Positions 25,801-37,116 of a DNA stretch of 64,000 nucleotides are shown piece after piece. Both the position numbers and the translations under genes were made by a program. Positions within the stretch are counted from its first letter, which is position 1. Every line of letters begins with the position of its first letter. The notes beneath the pieces are model-generated. The model was given only the letters and a program-made list of their open reading frames with translations, searched no databases and was not told the origin of the DNA. The stretch lies in the NCBI RefSeq assembly GCF_040938485.1, contig NW_027271242.1:434001-498000 (forward strand), written 5' to 3'. Source of the stretch: Diadema antillarum (taxonomy: Eukaryota).

Positions 25801-27153
25801 GTCAAACAAAAAAGCAAAAGTAAAACATTCTGATATAGTGATAGTGCATTCTTGGGGTAATTCAATGCAATACAAAGTCACACAACCGGCCGGTGTAGTT
25901 ACAGGTATCAACATGAATTTAGGTGTGGCACTTGAATGTAGTGGCCGACAAGTGAAATTACATTTATGGTGAAGGTACACCGTCTGCACTAGAGTACTAG
26001 TGCACAGAGCATGGTTGAATTTCACAAAACATCTCTGGGCAGGTGCAACAGGCTGCATGGGCTAACCACTTGGTCGACGAAACCTGAAAGTGGCAGAAGA
26101 AGTGCAAGTAACGCTTCTTTTAGACTTTATTATTATCATTTTGCTTTACTAGTAGGCATGCACATGTCAGCTGATGAAACCCAGAAGTGGCACCAGAAAT
26201 GATAAACTGCCACACTTTTACAAATGTGGTGCCTGCCATGCATTTCTTAGCTTGTGATGATTTGTTTCTTTTATTTTGTGAGAGACAGCTTGGGTCTGTG
26301 TGCTTTCATTTCCATTTAGGGCTATTGTATGGCTAATATAATAAAATAGATATGCACAAATCCAATTATCTATCAGACCAGATTATTTTCAATTTCTAGA
26401 AAGCTTCGAATTGCCCATCATGGCTTGCACTGCCTCCACAATCTGAAAGTGTAATTGGAGCTTGAGTTAGCCATAATCAAACTTATAACATGAATAGGTG
26501 TCTATAGATTCTAGATTCATGTCAGCATGACTCCAGCCCCAGGGTATCACTATCTAGTAGATTATATGTGTAGAGTCTATCATGTAATCAATGGTGCATG
26601 GTGTCTTGAAGAAGACTGGGCTGGGGCGGGGGAGCATCTACGATTCTAGCAACAATAAAAAAAAAAAAAAAAAAAAAAATCAAACTGATTCGTGAGTGTG
26701 TAAGAAAGTATAATCAGATATTGTGAGATAATGTGTGTTCATGTGCACTCTAGCCGGATCTGCAGTAAAATGACAAACCAGCGTCAGTGGTTACACTAGT
26801 ACGTGTTAAAGAACAGTACACTTAGCTGCACTGCACTGTATACTGTGCTGTGCTACTGAGTGGCATGGCCCGCCGCCGAAAACCCCGGCACCGTTTACCG
26901 ACGGTTCGTGGGTGTACGTGCTCTGTACTGGAGTGGTATGCTACTTACTGAAGAACAGCCGATAGTCCAGTGAGTTTGGTGCGCCTCTGGCTTCTACAGA
27001 ATATGCCATTGCTGCAATCCGTCCGTGTAGATCGAGATAATTTTTGAGACAATTATTTTTTGATGTCAGTGGCGATCGGGTGAAATTAGACCCTCTGCAA
27101 TGGGCAGCTTTACTCGCCGAGAGGACACGTCGGACTGCGACCCTGGCAAACAT
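8936..27153 (-). CDS. PPA1: Family I soluble inorganic pyrophosphatase (PPA1/PPA2/Nurf-38 type), 339 aa from the first ATG, 291 aa from the second
   Basis: 13 exons: 26949-27153, 24771-24832, 22851-22907, 21293-21412, 19346-19432, 18464-18527, 17254-17316, 16635-16675, 14973-15059, 13012-13097, 11093-11162, 9789-9828, 8936-8973 (1020 nt, all GT-AG, frame continuous to TAA). Motifs [54 protein letters not shown] and [12 protein letters not shown] are intact. PPA1 versus PPA2 orthology cannot be resolved; it probably serves as both. Confidence 0.96.
9946..10329. mobile_element. Kolobok-type non-autonomous element, copy 1
   Basis: TTAA|AGGGACTGTACAGT-CTGGTT ... AACCAGTACTGTACAGTCCCT|TTAA. A TTAA TSD with AG..CT termini is characteristic of Kolobok rather than piggyBac. 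Lies in PPA intron 11. Confidence 0.75.
13178..14133. mobile_element. piggyBac-type non-autonomous element with internal ~240-bp diverged duplication
   Basis: 13-bp TIR CCCTTTCGCGACC/GGTCGCGAAAGGG flanked by TTCA and TTAA (mutated TTAA TSD). Internal similar blocks at about 13612-13770 and 13853-14010. CpG-rich relative to the host intron (PPA intron 9). Confidence 0.7.
14358..14570. mobile_element. TA-flanked MITE (CTGTAAAA...TTTTACAG family)
   Basis: TA|CTGTAAAAC ... GTTTTACAG|TA, 213 bp, with internal TTTCGCGA motifs. Related copies at 19015-19227 and about 29790-29978. Confidence 0.75.
15275..16289 (-). mobile_element. Helentron/DINE-1-like non-autonomous rolling-circle element
   Basis: On the minus strand: T-run, then 5' subterminal repeat ATGCCTCCGC with hairpin partner GGAGGCAT, then a (GTCC/GTCG)n microsatellite, body, inverted subterminal repeat GCGGAGGCAT, a short hairpin and a CTAGT end at a T-run. 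This is the DINE-1/HINE layout. Lies in PPA intron 8. Confidence 0.7.
19015..19227. mobile_element. TA-flanked MITE
   Basis: TA|CTGTAAAAGTGGA ... TCCACTTTTACAG|TA, 13-bp perfect TIR, 213 bp. Confidence 0.8.
22087..22641. mobile_element. Kolobok-type fold-back element with ~175-bp TIRs
   Basis: TTAA|AGGGAAC...GTTCCCT|TTAA. The left ~175 bp is the near-perfect reverse complement of the right ~175 bp. Lies in PPA intron 3. Confidence 0.82.
23900..24350 (-). mobile_element. Possible degraded LINE (RT C-terminal) remnant
   Basis: The minus-strand frame ...[19 protein letters not shown]... weakly resembles the YN.AFR.L...P..CS segment of CR1/L2-clade RT C-termini. No catalytic motif seen. Confidence 0.22.
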
Positions 27154-27169
27154 GTGGGCAAATTGGTGC

Positions 27170-27181
27170 TGCGCGTGCGCA
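27170..27181 (-). promoter_or_regulatory. NRF1 (P3A2/EWG family)-type site in the PPA promoter/leader
   Basis: TGCGCACGCGCA on the minus strand matches the NRF1 consensus YGCGCAYGCGCR, ending 17 nt before the first ATG, within a CpG-rich island (about 26850-27660). Confidence 0.45.
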
Positions 27182-28279
27182 GTACCCAGACGCAAGCAAC
27201 AGGAAGAATGGCAATACACGTACAAGTACTGTACACTAGCACTGGGACTCCAGTAATCAGTCAAATCATTGTACCTTGGCTGTGCATGGATGGCTGAGAG
27301 ATGAGATTCTCTGGCAATATACTCAGTAGGTCAAGTAGCTGCCTGTCCTAATTACCAACTCAATGACACCACAAATTGACTCAAAGCAGACTCAATACGA
27401 GAATGTGTAGTAGATTACCTACAGTGCAGTGTCAAGGTACAAAATACCACCACCGCGAACCAGGGACGTCGTTCCGGAATTACGCATGATCCCTGGGTGG
27501 ACTTCAGCCCAGCCGCAAGCAATACGATCTAGAACTTGCTTACTTGGAGAAGTTCGGCAGAAGAGCTACATGGATGTGGAGTTTCTTTTCACCTCCCTCG
27601 GCACATTCGCCGCAACCTTCGTGATTCAATGGGACGGAGCACAGGAATTTATTACACGAGGTACATTCCCCCACATCGCTATAGTTTCTTCAGATTGAAA
27701 AAAACAAACAAACAACAACAACACTCAAACTATAACTAGGATACTAGTAATTGGAGCTTTTGAGGTTACATCCAGCACGGTTCATTAAATGGAAAGGCCT
27801 ATATATGAGATGTTGTTTTAATACATGCCGTGGGGGGGGGGGGGGGAGGGGGTGGACATTTTGTAGATTAATTTGGCGCACACTTTTGGTAGAGTAGTTT
27901 CTAAAATAAACGGCAGCGAATGGATCGGCAGTAGCAACAGAATATCAGGACCCGGCTGTATCACGATATAATGCCATACACACAATGTATAACGAAATGA
28001 GGGATACGCAATCAACAAGCAAAAGAAATTAAGAAAAGCAAATGTTTCATTGAATTGTTTATTAATAGACCCCCTCCTCCAGCCAATGCAGCCATGATAC
28101 TTAATGACTCCTTTGATCTCACCAACGTGGCTCCTCCACTGTGGCCTTTCCTTTTCTCTTAACTGCTTTTCAGCTACAGTGGCCGGCAATTATTATTCAT
28201 GCGACCAATTATGGGTATATATAGTGACCACGCCGTGCATTTGCACCGAGAATTCATATGATGGACCATGACAGCTTAA

Positions 28280-28673
28280 AGGGACTATACAGTATAGGCC
28301 TATACTGGCTTAGGTGAGGATTCAGGTTTATTATATTTTCTGGTAAGATAATGAGAAACATCTTATGAAATATGAAAGAGCATGTAATTTCAAGAAAGAT
28401 TCAACGTTTATTTGATGAAAATTGGTTTTCAAATGGCTGCGATATCCAAAAAAGCGATAATGATAAAATGCGACAGGCCACGACTTTTATTAGGATCTCT
28501 TTGTTTCACCTGGTTTTGGGATAAGTCATTTCAAAACCGATTTTCATCAAATAAACTTTTGATGCCCCATAGATAGAACTGCATGCTCTTTGACATCTCA
28601 CACAGTGGTTTCTCAAAATCTCGCAAAACGTTAAAAGCTAAATCCTCACCTCAACCAGTACTTTACAGTCCCT
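28280..28673. mobile_element. Kolobok-type non-autonomous element, copy 2 (inverted relative to 9946-10329)
   Basis: TTAA|AGGGACT...AGTCCCT|TTAA. The internal sequence matches the reverse complement of 9946-10329. Confidence 0.78.
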
Positions 28674-29283
28674 TTAATTTTGTTAACTGTCAGTGGGGCG
28701 GATAGTATGGCCGATACGCAAGTATTAAAGTTTAACGTACGTGACTTCACAGCACTCCGATCAAAAGAAATTGAATTATAAAGATCAAGATTAGGCCTGA
28801 TCACTTGATTGGAATATGATATCATATCAAAGTGGTGTATAAATGATTTTTTTTTCCGCATTTGCAAGGGATGTACCAAATTCCGGCTTTCAGACGTGGA
28901 TGGCCTATAGTAAACATTGTATGTAAAATCGGGGAGCAGGTAAAGACATAAGTCATAGCATTGTATTTATTGACTTTGCTTGAATGAAATAGGCCTAAGT
29001 TCTTTCATTTTGTATCTAGGCCGAAGTACGTGTGGGCATGCACTATATCTCCCCCAAATCCTGCATAATGATATTCTGGTATCACCGTAATCAGATGTAA
29101 GATGGCCTCCACTGAAGACCCTATCAGCGCTATTGTTGGGAGCAGCGATTACCTCCATTCATATTAGCTGTGACCTTTGAAACCAGGGAGTTGACTTTGA
29201 TTGGCAAGGTCGAGACCTTCGAATTATAAAGGCGGTGTGAATAATATTATACTCATCAGGCAACACACAAAACACCTCGTTCT

Positions 29284-29352
29284 CAGTGGCGGATCCAAGG
29301 GGGTGCACAGGTCGCGCACCCCCTTCATTTTATTAATCATTATCATCATCAT

Positions 29353-29384
<32 letters not shown>

Positions 29385-29506
29385 TTAATAATATTATTTT
29401 TTTTTATTGTCATCATTATCATCATCATATTTTGTCAGCTGATGAAACCCGGAAGTTGCGTTGCGCCCCTCCCCCTCCCTTTATGCAATTCCTGGATCCG
29501 CCCCTG
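29284..29506. mobile_element. Short TIR element (CAGTGGCGGATCC...GGATCCGCCCCTG) carrying a (TAC)n/(ATC)n microsatellite
   Basis: Imperfect ~15-bp TIRs; GTTCT directly flanks both ends. Confidence 0.72.
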
Positions 29507-29789
29507 GTTCTGTCATAAAATTTAATCGAGATGGAGGCCACCCATACCTATGCCTTCTCAACACGGTTTACGCGATAGCGAGACTATCCGTCTTTCAGAC
29601 TAAAGCCCGGTGTGAACTCAATAGCCGAGGACACACTGGCAAAACTTCACGAACTTCACGCAAAGTTGCTTGCCGTTCACCCTGCATGGCAGCTACAAAA
29701 ACTTTCCGAAGTTCAAATCTCGAAGTTAGGGTAACTGGTGCGCATGCACAACAAAGAAGAACATCGTCTAACGACAACCCAAACCGCCG

Positions 29790-29978
29790 GAGGAATGTTC
29801 GCGTGCATTTAATTTCGCGAATAGGGCAGAGTTTCGCGAAATTAAAATGCACGCTGATCTTGTCTACACTACACATGCCTTGAATGTTAGAGGCAACTCG
29901 CGAAAATTTCATGCTGCAAATAAGGCCGTCAGCTCCCATTCGCGAAAATTTCATGCCGTGAAAATATCGTGTTTTACA
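29790..29978. mobile_element. Degenerate copy of the 14358-14570 MITE family
   Basis: Shares GGAATGTTC..GTG, GAAATTAAAATGCA, CTTGTCTACACTAC, GAAAATTTCATGC and a GTTTTACA end with 14358-14570. Left end eroded. Confidence 0.6.
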
Positions 29979-30289
29979 TAGCAGCTTGGGAAATACTCCT
30001 TCCCCGCTATACGGAGGTATCGCCCACAAACCAGCTGGTGAGTACGTGGATGAGTGGTCACGTGACATACCTCGAGAAGTTTCAGGTCGCGAGCGTTTAG
30101 ACTGCACAAACTTTTAGAAGATTTACGGGTGTTCGACAAATTTTCGTACAGTGGAGAGTTACTCTCGAAGAGTAGATTTCGAAAATTTTACAGTCCTCGG
30201 GCAAAACTTGGAGAACTTTAAACCTGCGCGTAGTTTTGCCAGTGTGACGGCGAATAAATATGTATTAAGTTCGTTCTGCGCAACTGAAT

Positions 30290-30740
30290 CCGCTGTCACA
30301 CTGGCAAAAGATCAAAAAGATTAAGATCGTGATGTCTTCGCAATCTTTTGTCGTCCGTCCACATTGGCAGCCAAACTTCTCGATCTTTGGATCAAGATAA
30401 AGTTTTGGTTATAAGTGCATGTTCGCAAGGAAGAAGAAAGAGGGCGCCGTCTGACGGCGGGTGGTTGTGACATAACAATGAACACCTGTACACCATAGTC
30501 GTACGTACACTTTGAAGCAACCGTCCGAAAACAGGTGGTGGACTGGTCACGTGACAAACTTCGCGAAGTTTCAGATTCTAGCGTTCACAATGGCAAAAGA
30601 TCTAAAAGTATCCGTAAATAGTTTGAGGAAGCTTCGTGAGAAGTTTCGCGAGAAGTTTCGCGGGAAGTTTGCGGTTATACTGGCAAAACGTCGAGATCTA
30701 AATAAAGATCGCGATCGATCTTTTGCCAATGTGACTGCGG
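30290..30740. mobile_element. PIF/Harbinger-like non-autonomous element
   Basis: TIRs CCGCTGTCACACTGGCAAAAGATC / GATCTTTTGCCAATGTGACTGCGG. Extra terminus-like copies at 30234-30252 and about 29632. TSD degenerate. Confidence 0.6.
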
Positions 30741-31089
30741 CTGCAGTTTTACCAGTGTCAACGTGTGTCATGTCGAGGACCATAATCATGTTATATCCCC
30801 TTTGGCTCCTACGGTGGAAAACATGTCCTCTATAAGCTTTTTCTTGTCAAATACTTTGTAGGTTAAAAATTTGATGTAATCAGATTTTATATTGATTTTT
30901 TTAATGCCAAATTCAAAATGGTTGAGCACAATCCTTTTTACATTCATTATATGGTATAATGGTAGGCATAATTATTATAGCAACCCTTTAGCACAGCCGA
31001 TAATACTCGTTTGAAGTGTCGTGGATGGCAACAACAATGTACAACAAAACGCCAGCAAAATGCCATTACTGGAGTATGTTGGCGGCAGA

Positions 31090-31095
<6 letters not shown>

Positions 31096-31141
<46 letters not shown>
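31096..31141. repeat. (CA)n microsatellite; similar tracts at about 6113-6138, 19853-19895, 52585-52630, 55171-55225; (GA)n at about 37085-37115, 38578-38597, 39965-39990
   Basis: Directly visible dinucleotide runs. Confidence 0.95.
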
Positions 31142-31142
<1 letters not shown>

Positions 31143-33494
31143 CGTGGATGTGATAAAGACGATGTAGGCCCTAGAGTTGTAAGTTGGTGAGGTGTCTGCT
31201 GTATCACCTTTTGCCTATTATGTTGCTTTTTATGTACTGTTGACAAAATGTTAATACATGTAAATGAGATCTTATGGCAGTAATCGCCGGTTTTTGGTCA
31301 ATCTTGACAGAGATTTGAATTCTGAATATCATGTCAACAACAAAGAAGCAAACGAACAAACACAAGCAATAGGGAGTCATATCATAAAGCAGAAGTCATT
31401 TATTCATTTTCAATCATTCAAGTTTGATGGCAGAGTAGAACATACGAACGAAGCAAGTATACATAAAAAGAAAAGAACGAAATAAAAGCACCAGATCCAT
31501 GCATGACACATTCTATAGGGTATGACATATAAAAGACAAAACTATTATTCTGACGCACAAAAACCCACTGTCAGTCATCCTACTACCACGTACTGATTAC
31601 AGCGACAAGTTAGTGTGCATTGCAAAAACAAGAGACTGTTCTGACAGACGCAACACATTGGAAGACCGAATAAAGTGTATGTTTGGGGGTTAACTACCCT
31701 TTGACCCCCCCCCCCCCCCCCCCCCCCCGGCGCAATCATGCTGTGCTATTTCATTAACTCGTTCTCCGGAGAATACGATATCCCTCCTCGTCAAAGAGAA
31801 TCAATGATGAAAATGCTAAATTGCGAATGATACGAAACTCACAGAGACTGGACGTTTGAATACACGGATTGATCTTTTTAGGGGTTGTCCATGTTTCAAC
31901 AAAGAGATTTCGTCACAATATAATGCTATCAAGGCATGGTGTCTTCCTATACTCACTATACTGTCATCCGTTATATTGCGTTTTCCTCCCTTTTCAGATG
32001 TGTACAATAATGAATGTTTAGATATCGTCACATACATACATCACATTATTCATGTGCCAGTCAAACTGTCTACATTTCAGGCTGAGAGATTTATGAACAA
32101 CGTATACATGAAATCAAAAGAACAATAGTTGTTCCACTCCTCACTAAAGATCTTGCCTGATCTTGGAGAAACACCAACATTTTGCGGAGACCGGCAACGA
32201 ATTGTCTGGAGGTGTATGTTATGTCTTGAAATGTATGTTATAAGACATGATACATCTCTTTGCATAACCTCTTACTCAAAAAGAGAAACAAACACGTTTA
32301 TTAATGACATGGCGTTTTCCATAGGCACATCCCAAAATCATAGTATATTATGAAATATACACATTCAATTAAAGATTACTATACCAACTCCTTTGTACAT
32401 CGGCAAAAACGATAGACCCTATATAGTTATTATACACAACCAACACTTAAACAAAAGTACGCTATGCGCATACAGATATATGTTCTGTACCCATATTTCT
32501 AAAGTGTCATACTAGTATTATAGTCTCATTTTTTTTTTAGTATACTAAAAAAATATAGTTGAACAGACCTTGTACAAGAATTCACATTGAATACCTTCAT
32601 TAAAGAGGGGGTCACTGTCTAGGACAAAATGAAAGTATTCATGCTCTTTTTATGTAGCTAACTCAAAAATGCATAACACACGGTGGTAGAATCAATACCG
32701 AATTTGAAAACAAATTGTATACACCTTGTCAAACACAATGCACATACACAAACGTGTATCAAACGCTTTATATCAATGTGGCAAGGCGCGTAAATGCGTT
32801 ATAGTAAAGAACACTGTACTGGTAATCAATCTGCTACCCCAGTATTCAGGATGCTCGATGAACTTAGGTACATTTTATCAAGCTACGAGTATGTTTTACC
32901 GTGACGCAGGATGTTAACTGCAGTTTTGTATAATTATAGGAAGTATGCAAGCAATTATGATACATTTAATACAATTCTTTGAAAGCTTTGCTATTAACGT
33001 CTGTGTTGTGATTCTTCGATGTATACCTTTTACTATTATACACACCCAGACACACTGCATAATAGTATTGTGAAAGACAGACGCTAGATTTGGTGTTGGT
33101 ATTTAGGAAAACGGTCTTTGTCAGTGATTAGTAAAAGAAACAAATCTTCTCCACACCTGTTTTATCAATGCAATTCACCGTACTCTGTCTTAACCATAAA
33201 GATAAAGAACCCTTTCATACGATTACCTTATAAGGAAATACAGTAATCACTTCCTTTCTTTCAAAACACAAGGAAAAATGATAGTCACATGAAAGACAAG
33301 CATATTAAGCACCATGAAGCACCTCGTTCTTTGTTATTTTTATCCACATACCACAACGATCAGTCCCAAGGCGGTCAGTAGGCAAGTGCATGCGCTAATC
33401 AACTTAATTCAGCTACCTTTTTTACGATAGGAGATGTAATTCATCTTACTCGGTCTATGATAAAGACGGAGATAAAAAAATAAATGACTTTCCT

Positions 33495-33500
33495 TTTATT
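33495..33500 (-). terminator. Candidate polyadenylation signal of the ACSL-like gene
   Basis: AATAAA on the minus strand about 340 nt downstream of the TAG stop. Confidence 0.3.
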
Positions 33501-33838
33501 ATAATAATGATTACCTTATATACGCTGATCGAAATTAGAATAAAGTATAGGAGATATAGATAAGGATCATTTCTTTTCCTTAAAGAAAAAAAAAAGAATA
33601 ATGCAGTTACCTGAGGAAAGATAGCATACTGGCCCGTAAGGTTCAATATTCCCGTGTACATTGCTATTTTGCCCACATTTACAACGACCGGTACACTGTT
33701 TGCACTTGATTTTGCCACCTTGTTTACGCTCGGTAAAAAGAATAAAATCCAATAATATATTCCCAAAAACCTGACCAAACCTGACACTGTATAATTGCCT
33801 TGTTGTTCAAAGAAGGCAGGTAAGAACAGATCAGTCCC

Positions 33839-36800
33839 CTATTCTAGGAGGGCGTACACGCCGTCGATGTCGGCCTGGAAGTGTTCCATGATGGCGTCAC
33901 GTCGATTCTTTCCTGTCGGAGTCAACAAACCGTCCTCGACGCTGAAGGGATGAGGCTGAAAGATGAACTCATTGACCTGCACGCAGTGAAATACCAATAG
34001 AATGGTCTTAATATTAGAAGTTCCCCACTGGTAGATATTCAATCCACAAAAATGTACCATCATTGCGCTATATCCAAGCTTTTTCACATTTAAAAAACAA
34101 ATGTCTCCTTAATACGAAAAGAAAGTTGTTCATAGCAATTAAGGAAATTAATGTAAAAGCACAAGGGTCTGTTTGTTTCATGTTTTATTATTTTCTGTTT
34201 GACTTTAATTTTCAAAATATAATGGTCAAGAAAGCCATAGCTCTGTACAGTCGGAGGATTGTCAGTCAAGCATGGCTATTGTGTGACGTGCTGTAGAGAC
34301 CACAAAATGTCTAGTGCAAGTGACGAACGTGATTTGTTCATTGCAGAAGCTTCTCGGTTGGTTTACAGAGAACAGAAGCTCTCTCAAAATGTATTATAAT
34401 CATGAATGAGTTGCCTCCATCTGTCTGAGAGAGAATGCTGAAGAGAAGTGTGCGAGAGGGTTAGGTCCACGATTATATCCTGTTCAAAGTATATAACAAA
34501 GAAATTGTTTCTGCCGAGGAATTCGTGGTGCATGGCATCATCAATGTCGACATCGAAACTGAGCATCAACGATACATGACGATGAAATCATATATAAAAA
34601 TCATAGGTCTTTCAAAGTGTCTGTAGAACGTAAATCATCAGCAAGCTTTCTTAGCGGTCAAAAATTGTCCAGCCTGTCATTGAATACCTTATGATATTGA
34701 TTTGATTCTCAAGGATCCATTGCATTTATTTCACATCAATCTGTAGACACAATTTTCAATTTGGATTGAATTTCAAAGTTGGATAAAACTACAAACTCAC
34801 AAATCGTTGAAGGAATTAAACTGTCTTTCAACTGATTGACAAATTGCCCTACATCGACGTAAATAAGCACTGAATTGATCAGTGTTTTAGTAGTAGCCAT
34901 GATAAAAAAATCATGGGCGTACATACTCGAGCAGGATTTGAACCTACGACCTCCTGATCACCGGACAGGCGTCATCTCCACTAGACCACCGAGCTTTCGC
35001 CCGACAGCAAGTGTTGGTTCTAATCCTTAAAGCATGCAGCGGGTACTGCTTTGTTATTCAAATTCATGAAGTTCTTCCGTCGAGATGTTTTCATTGCAAC
35101 TGATTGACAAATTGCCCTACATTGACGTAAATAAGCACTGAATTGATCAGTGTTTTAGTAGTAGCCATGATAGTGGCTACTAGCATCTAGTGGAGATGAC
35201 GCCTGTCCGGTGATCAGGAGGTCGTAGGTTCAAATCCTGCTCGAGTATGTACGCCCATGATTTTTTTATCATGAGGGGAGGGGAGGGGTGGGTGAAGAGG
35301 AAAAAACAGCTGAAATCAATAATGCCTATATACGATAAAAAGGCAAAGGTGGATGAAATGTAGCTTGATAAATGCAGGGAGGTGAGACGAAAATGGTCTC
35401 ACCTCCCTGATAAGATCAATGCCGCACTTGCCTTTTCAAAGTCGCAGAGTTCCAATCTTTCATAGATCTGATTCAGGTCAGCTTTCACTTCATTCAAGAG
35501 AATCTGTGAGGATGAGATAAAATATAATATTGCGGGAGCATTAACTTCATCTCTTCATACATAATGTTGCGATCGTCAAAAATACACATGCATGGAATCC
35601 ATCGCACACACCTAGCCGTCTATGTGCGGCTGATATGCTTGCACGTAAACAGGAGAAATATTACCCCTGGACAATTACTGTAGAGTCTTCCCCTGACCCT
35701 TACCCTAATCCTAATCCTGAAGCCTAATCCTAACCCTAACCCTACTAGCATTCACTCCTACGCAACCCTACCACCAACAGGTATTTAGCCAGGGGTAATT
35801 GTCGGGGGGGGGGGGGCATTATTGTCCTGACACGGACAGTGTCATCTTGCCACATTGCTTTCCTTTATCCTTCAGTGATTATCTTCTGAAGATATGAAAT
35901 ATCCACCTTGTTCAAATGGCACATTACAAATGCACACGTCTTTTTTAATTACAAACACGAGTGTATAGTCACTTAAACACACACACACACACACACATAC
36001 ACACAATTATGTATACATTTCAAGCCTATATACATTCACACTCACGTAAGCTTGCTCCCACACAGCATCAATTTCGCTCTGCTGTTAAGCTGTATTGCTT
36101 TTCATCGCAACACGTATTATACCTCCCATCAGGTTATTTACAATTCGGATAATTATATGTTCACAAAGATATAGGCCTAGGTGTCTAGGTATAAAGTGAT
36201 CTGTGGTCTTAGCAAAATGTGTATGATGTCACGCGTGGTGAACGAGCTCTCAGGGAAATAGGGCAGAATATAACCTAGAGAATGCTATTCAGCAAAAATT
36301 TGTTACGTTTCATTTACAGCCTTCAACCAACCTTGTCCTTGCACAGTTCGACGGGAGTTCCCGTGAGGTCGTTATTCTTGGCAAACGTCTCCAGTTCGTC
36401 TTCATCTGCTACGAGGACTGCGATGGTCTCTTTCTGGTAAATCACAGAAATGTATAAAACATAAAGAGGATGACAAGCAAGTTGATGAAAAAGGAAGAAA
36501 TGTTATGTAACATATTCACCATACTATTTATGTACAATTCGAATTCGCCGATTTATTTTCGTAAAAACTTGCATGGTTTTCGTCCCGAAGCCTTATTTGG
36601 ACTACAGTGTATTACTAGATTTACCAAGCTTGCATACATTGTATATAATTATGCATTTCGGTTCTTGGTATCCCTGCAGTTTCAGAGCATTATTGGTTGT
36701 TGATGCCGAGTATAGTCTATGGTAAAGTTTCTTCTTGTCAGAAACTTCAAGCCCTGTTACAATGTATTGGGTGTACGTAAAACATAAATATTTGGATAAA

Positions 36801-37081
36801 CTGGTCGACAGAATCGAGTTATCGAGTTTGTGATCATAATTCAGTATGTGAGAACATTTTTAGAATATTGGCAGAATAAAGCAAAACGAATGCCAGTTAC
36901 TGTGACTAATTTGACTTCCAATAAAAGATAAATGAAAATGCCTGAAACGATTACTTATACTCACATTACATTGCAAGAATGAAATTATACAGATATTTCG
37001 TACACACAAACACTTTATGTAACTCTATGTTTGCATGCATGTGTCTGTATGCTTGTGCGTTAAAGACTTAAGTATTATACA

Positions 37082-37116
<35 letters not shown>

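Noticed and set aside
29595-30835. 100-170-aa ORFs on both strands
   Set aside because: They coincide with stop-poor, CpG-rich MITE sequence and have no transposase or other domain motifs.
34924-34994. tRNA gene (Thr-GGT-like cloverleaf with A and B boxes)
   Set aside because: The anticodon stem has a T-T mismatch, the acceptor stem is imperfect, GGT is not a standard eukaryotic anticodon, and the head runs into a repeated body, so it is a SINE head rather than a functional tRNA.
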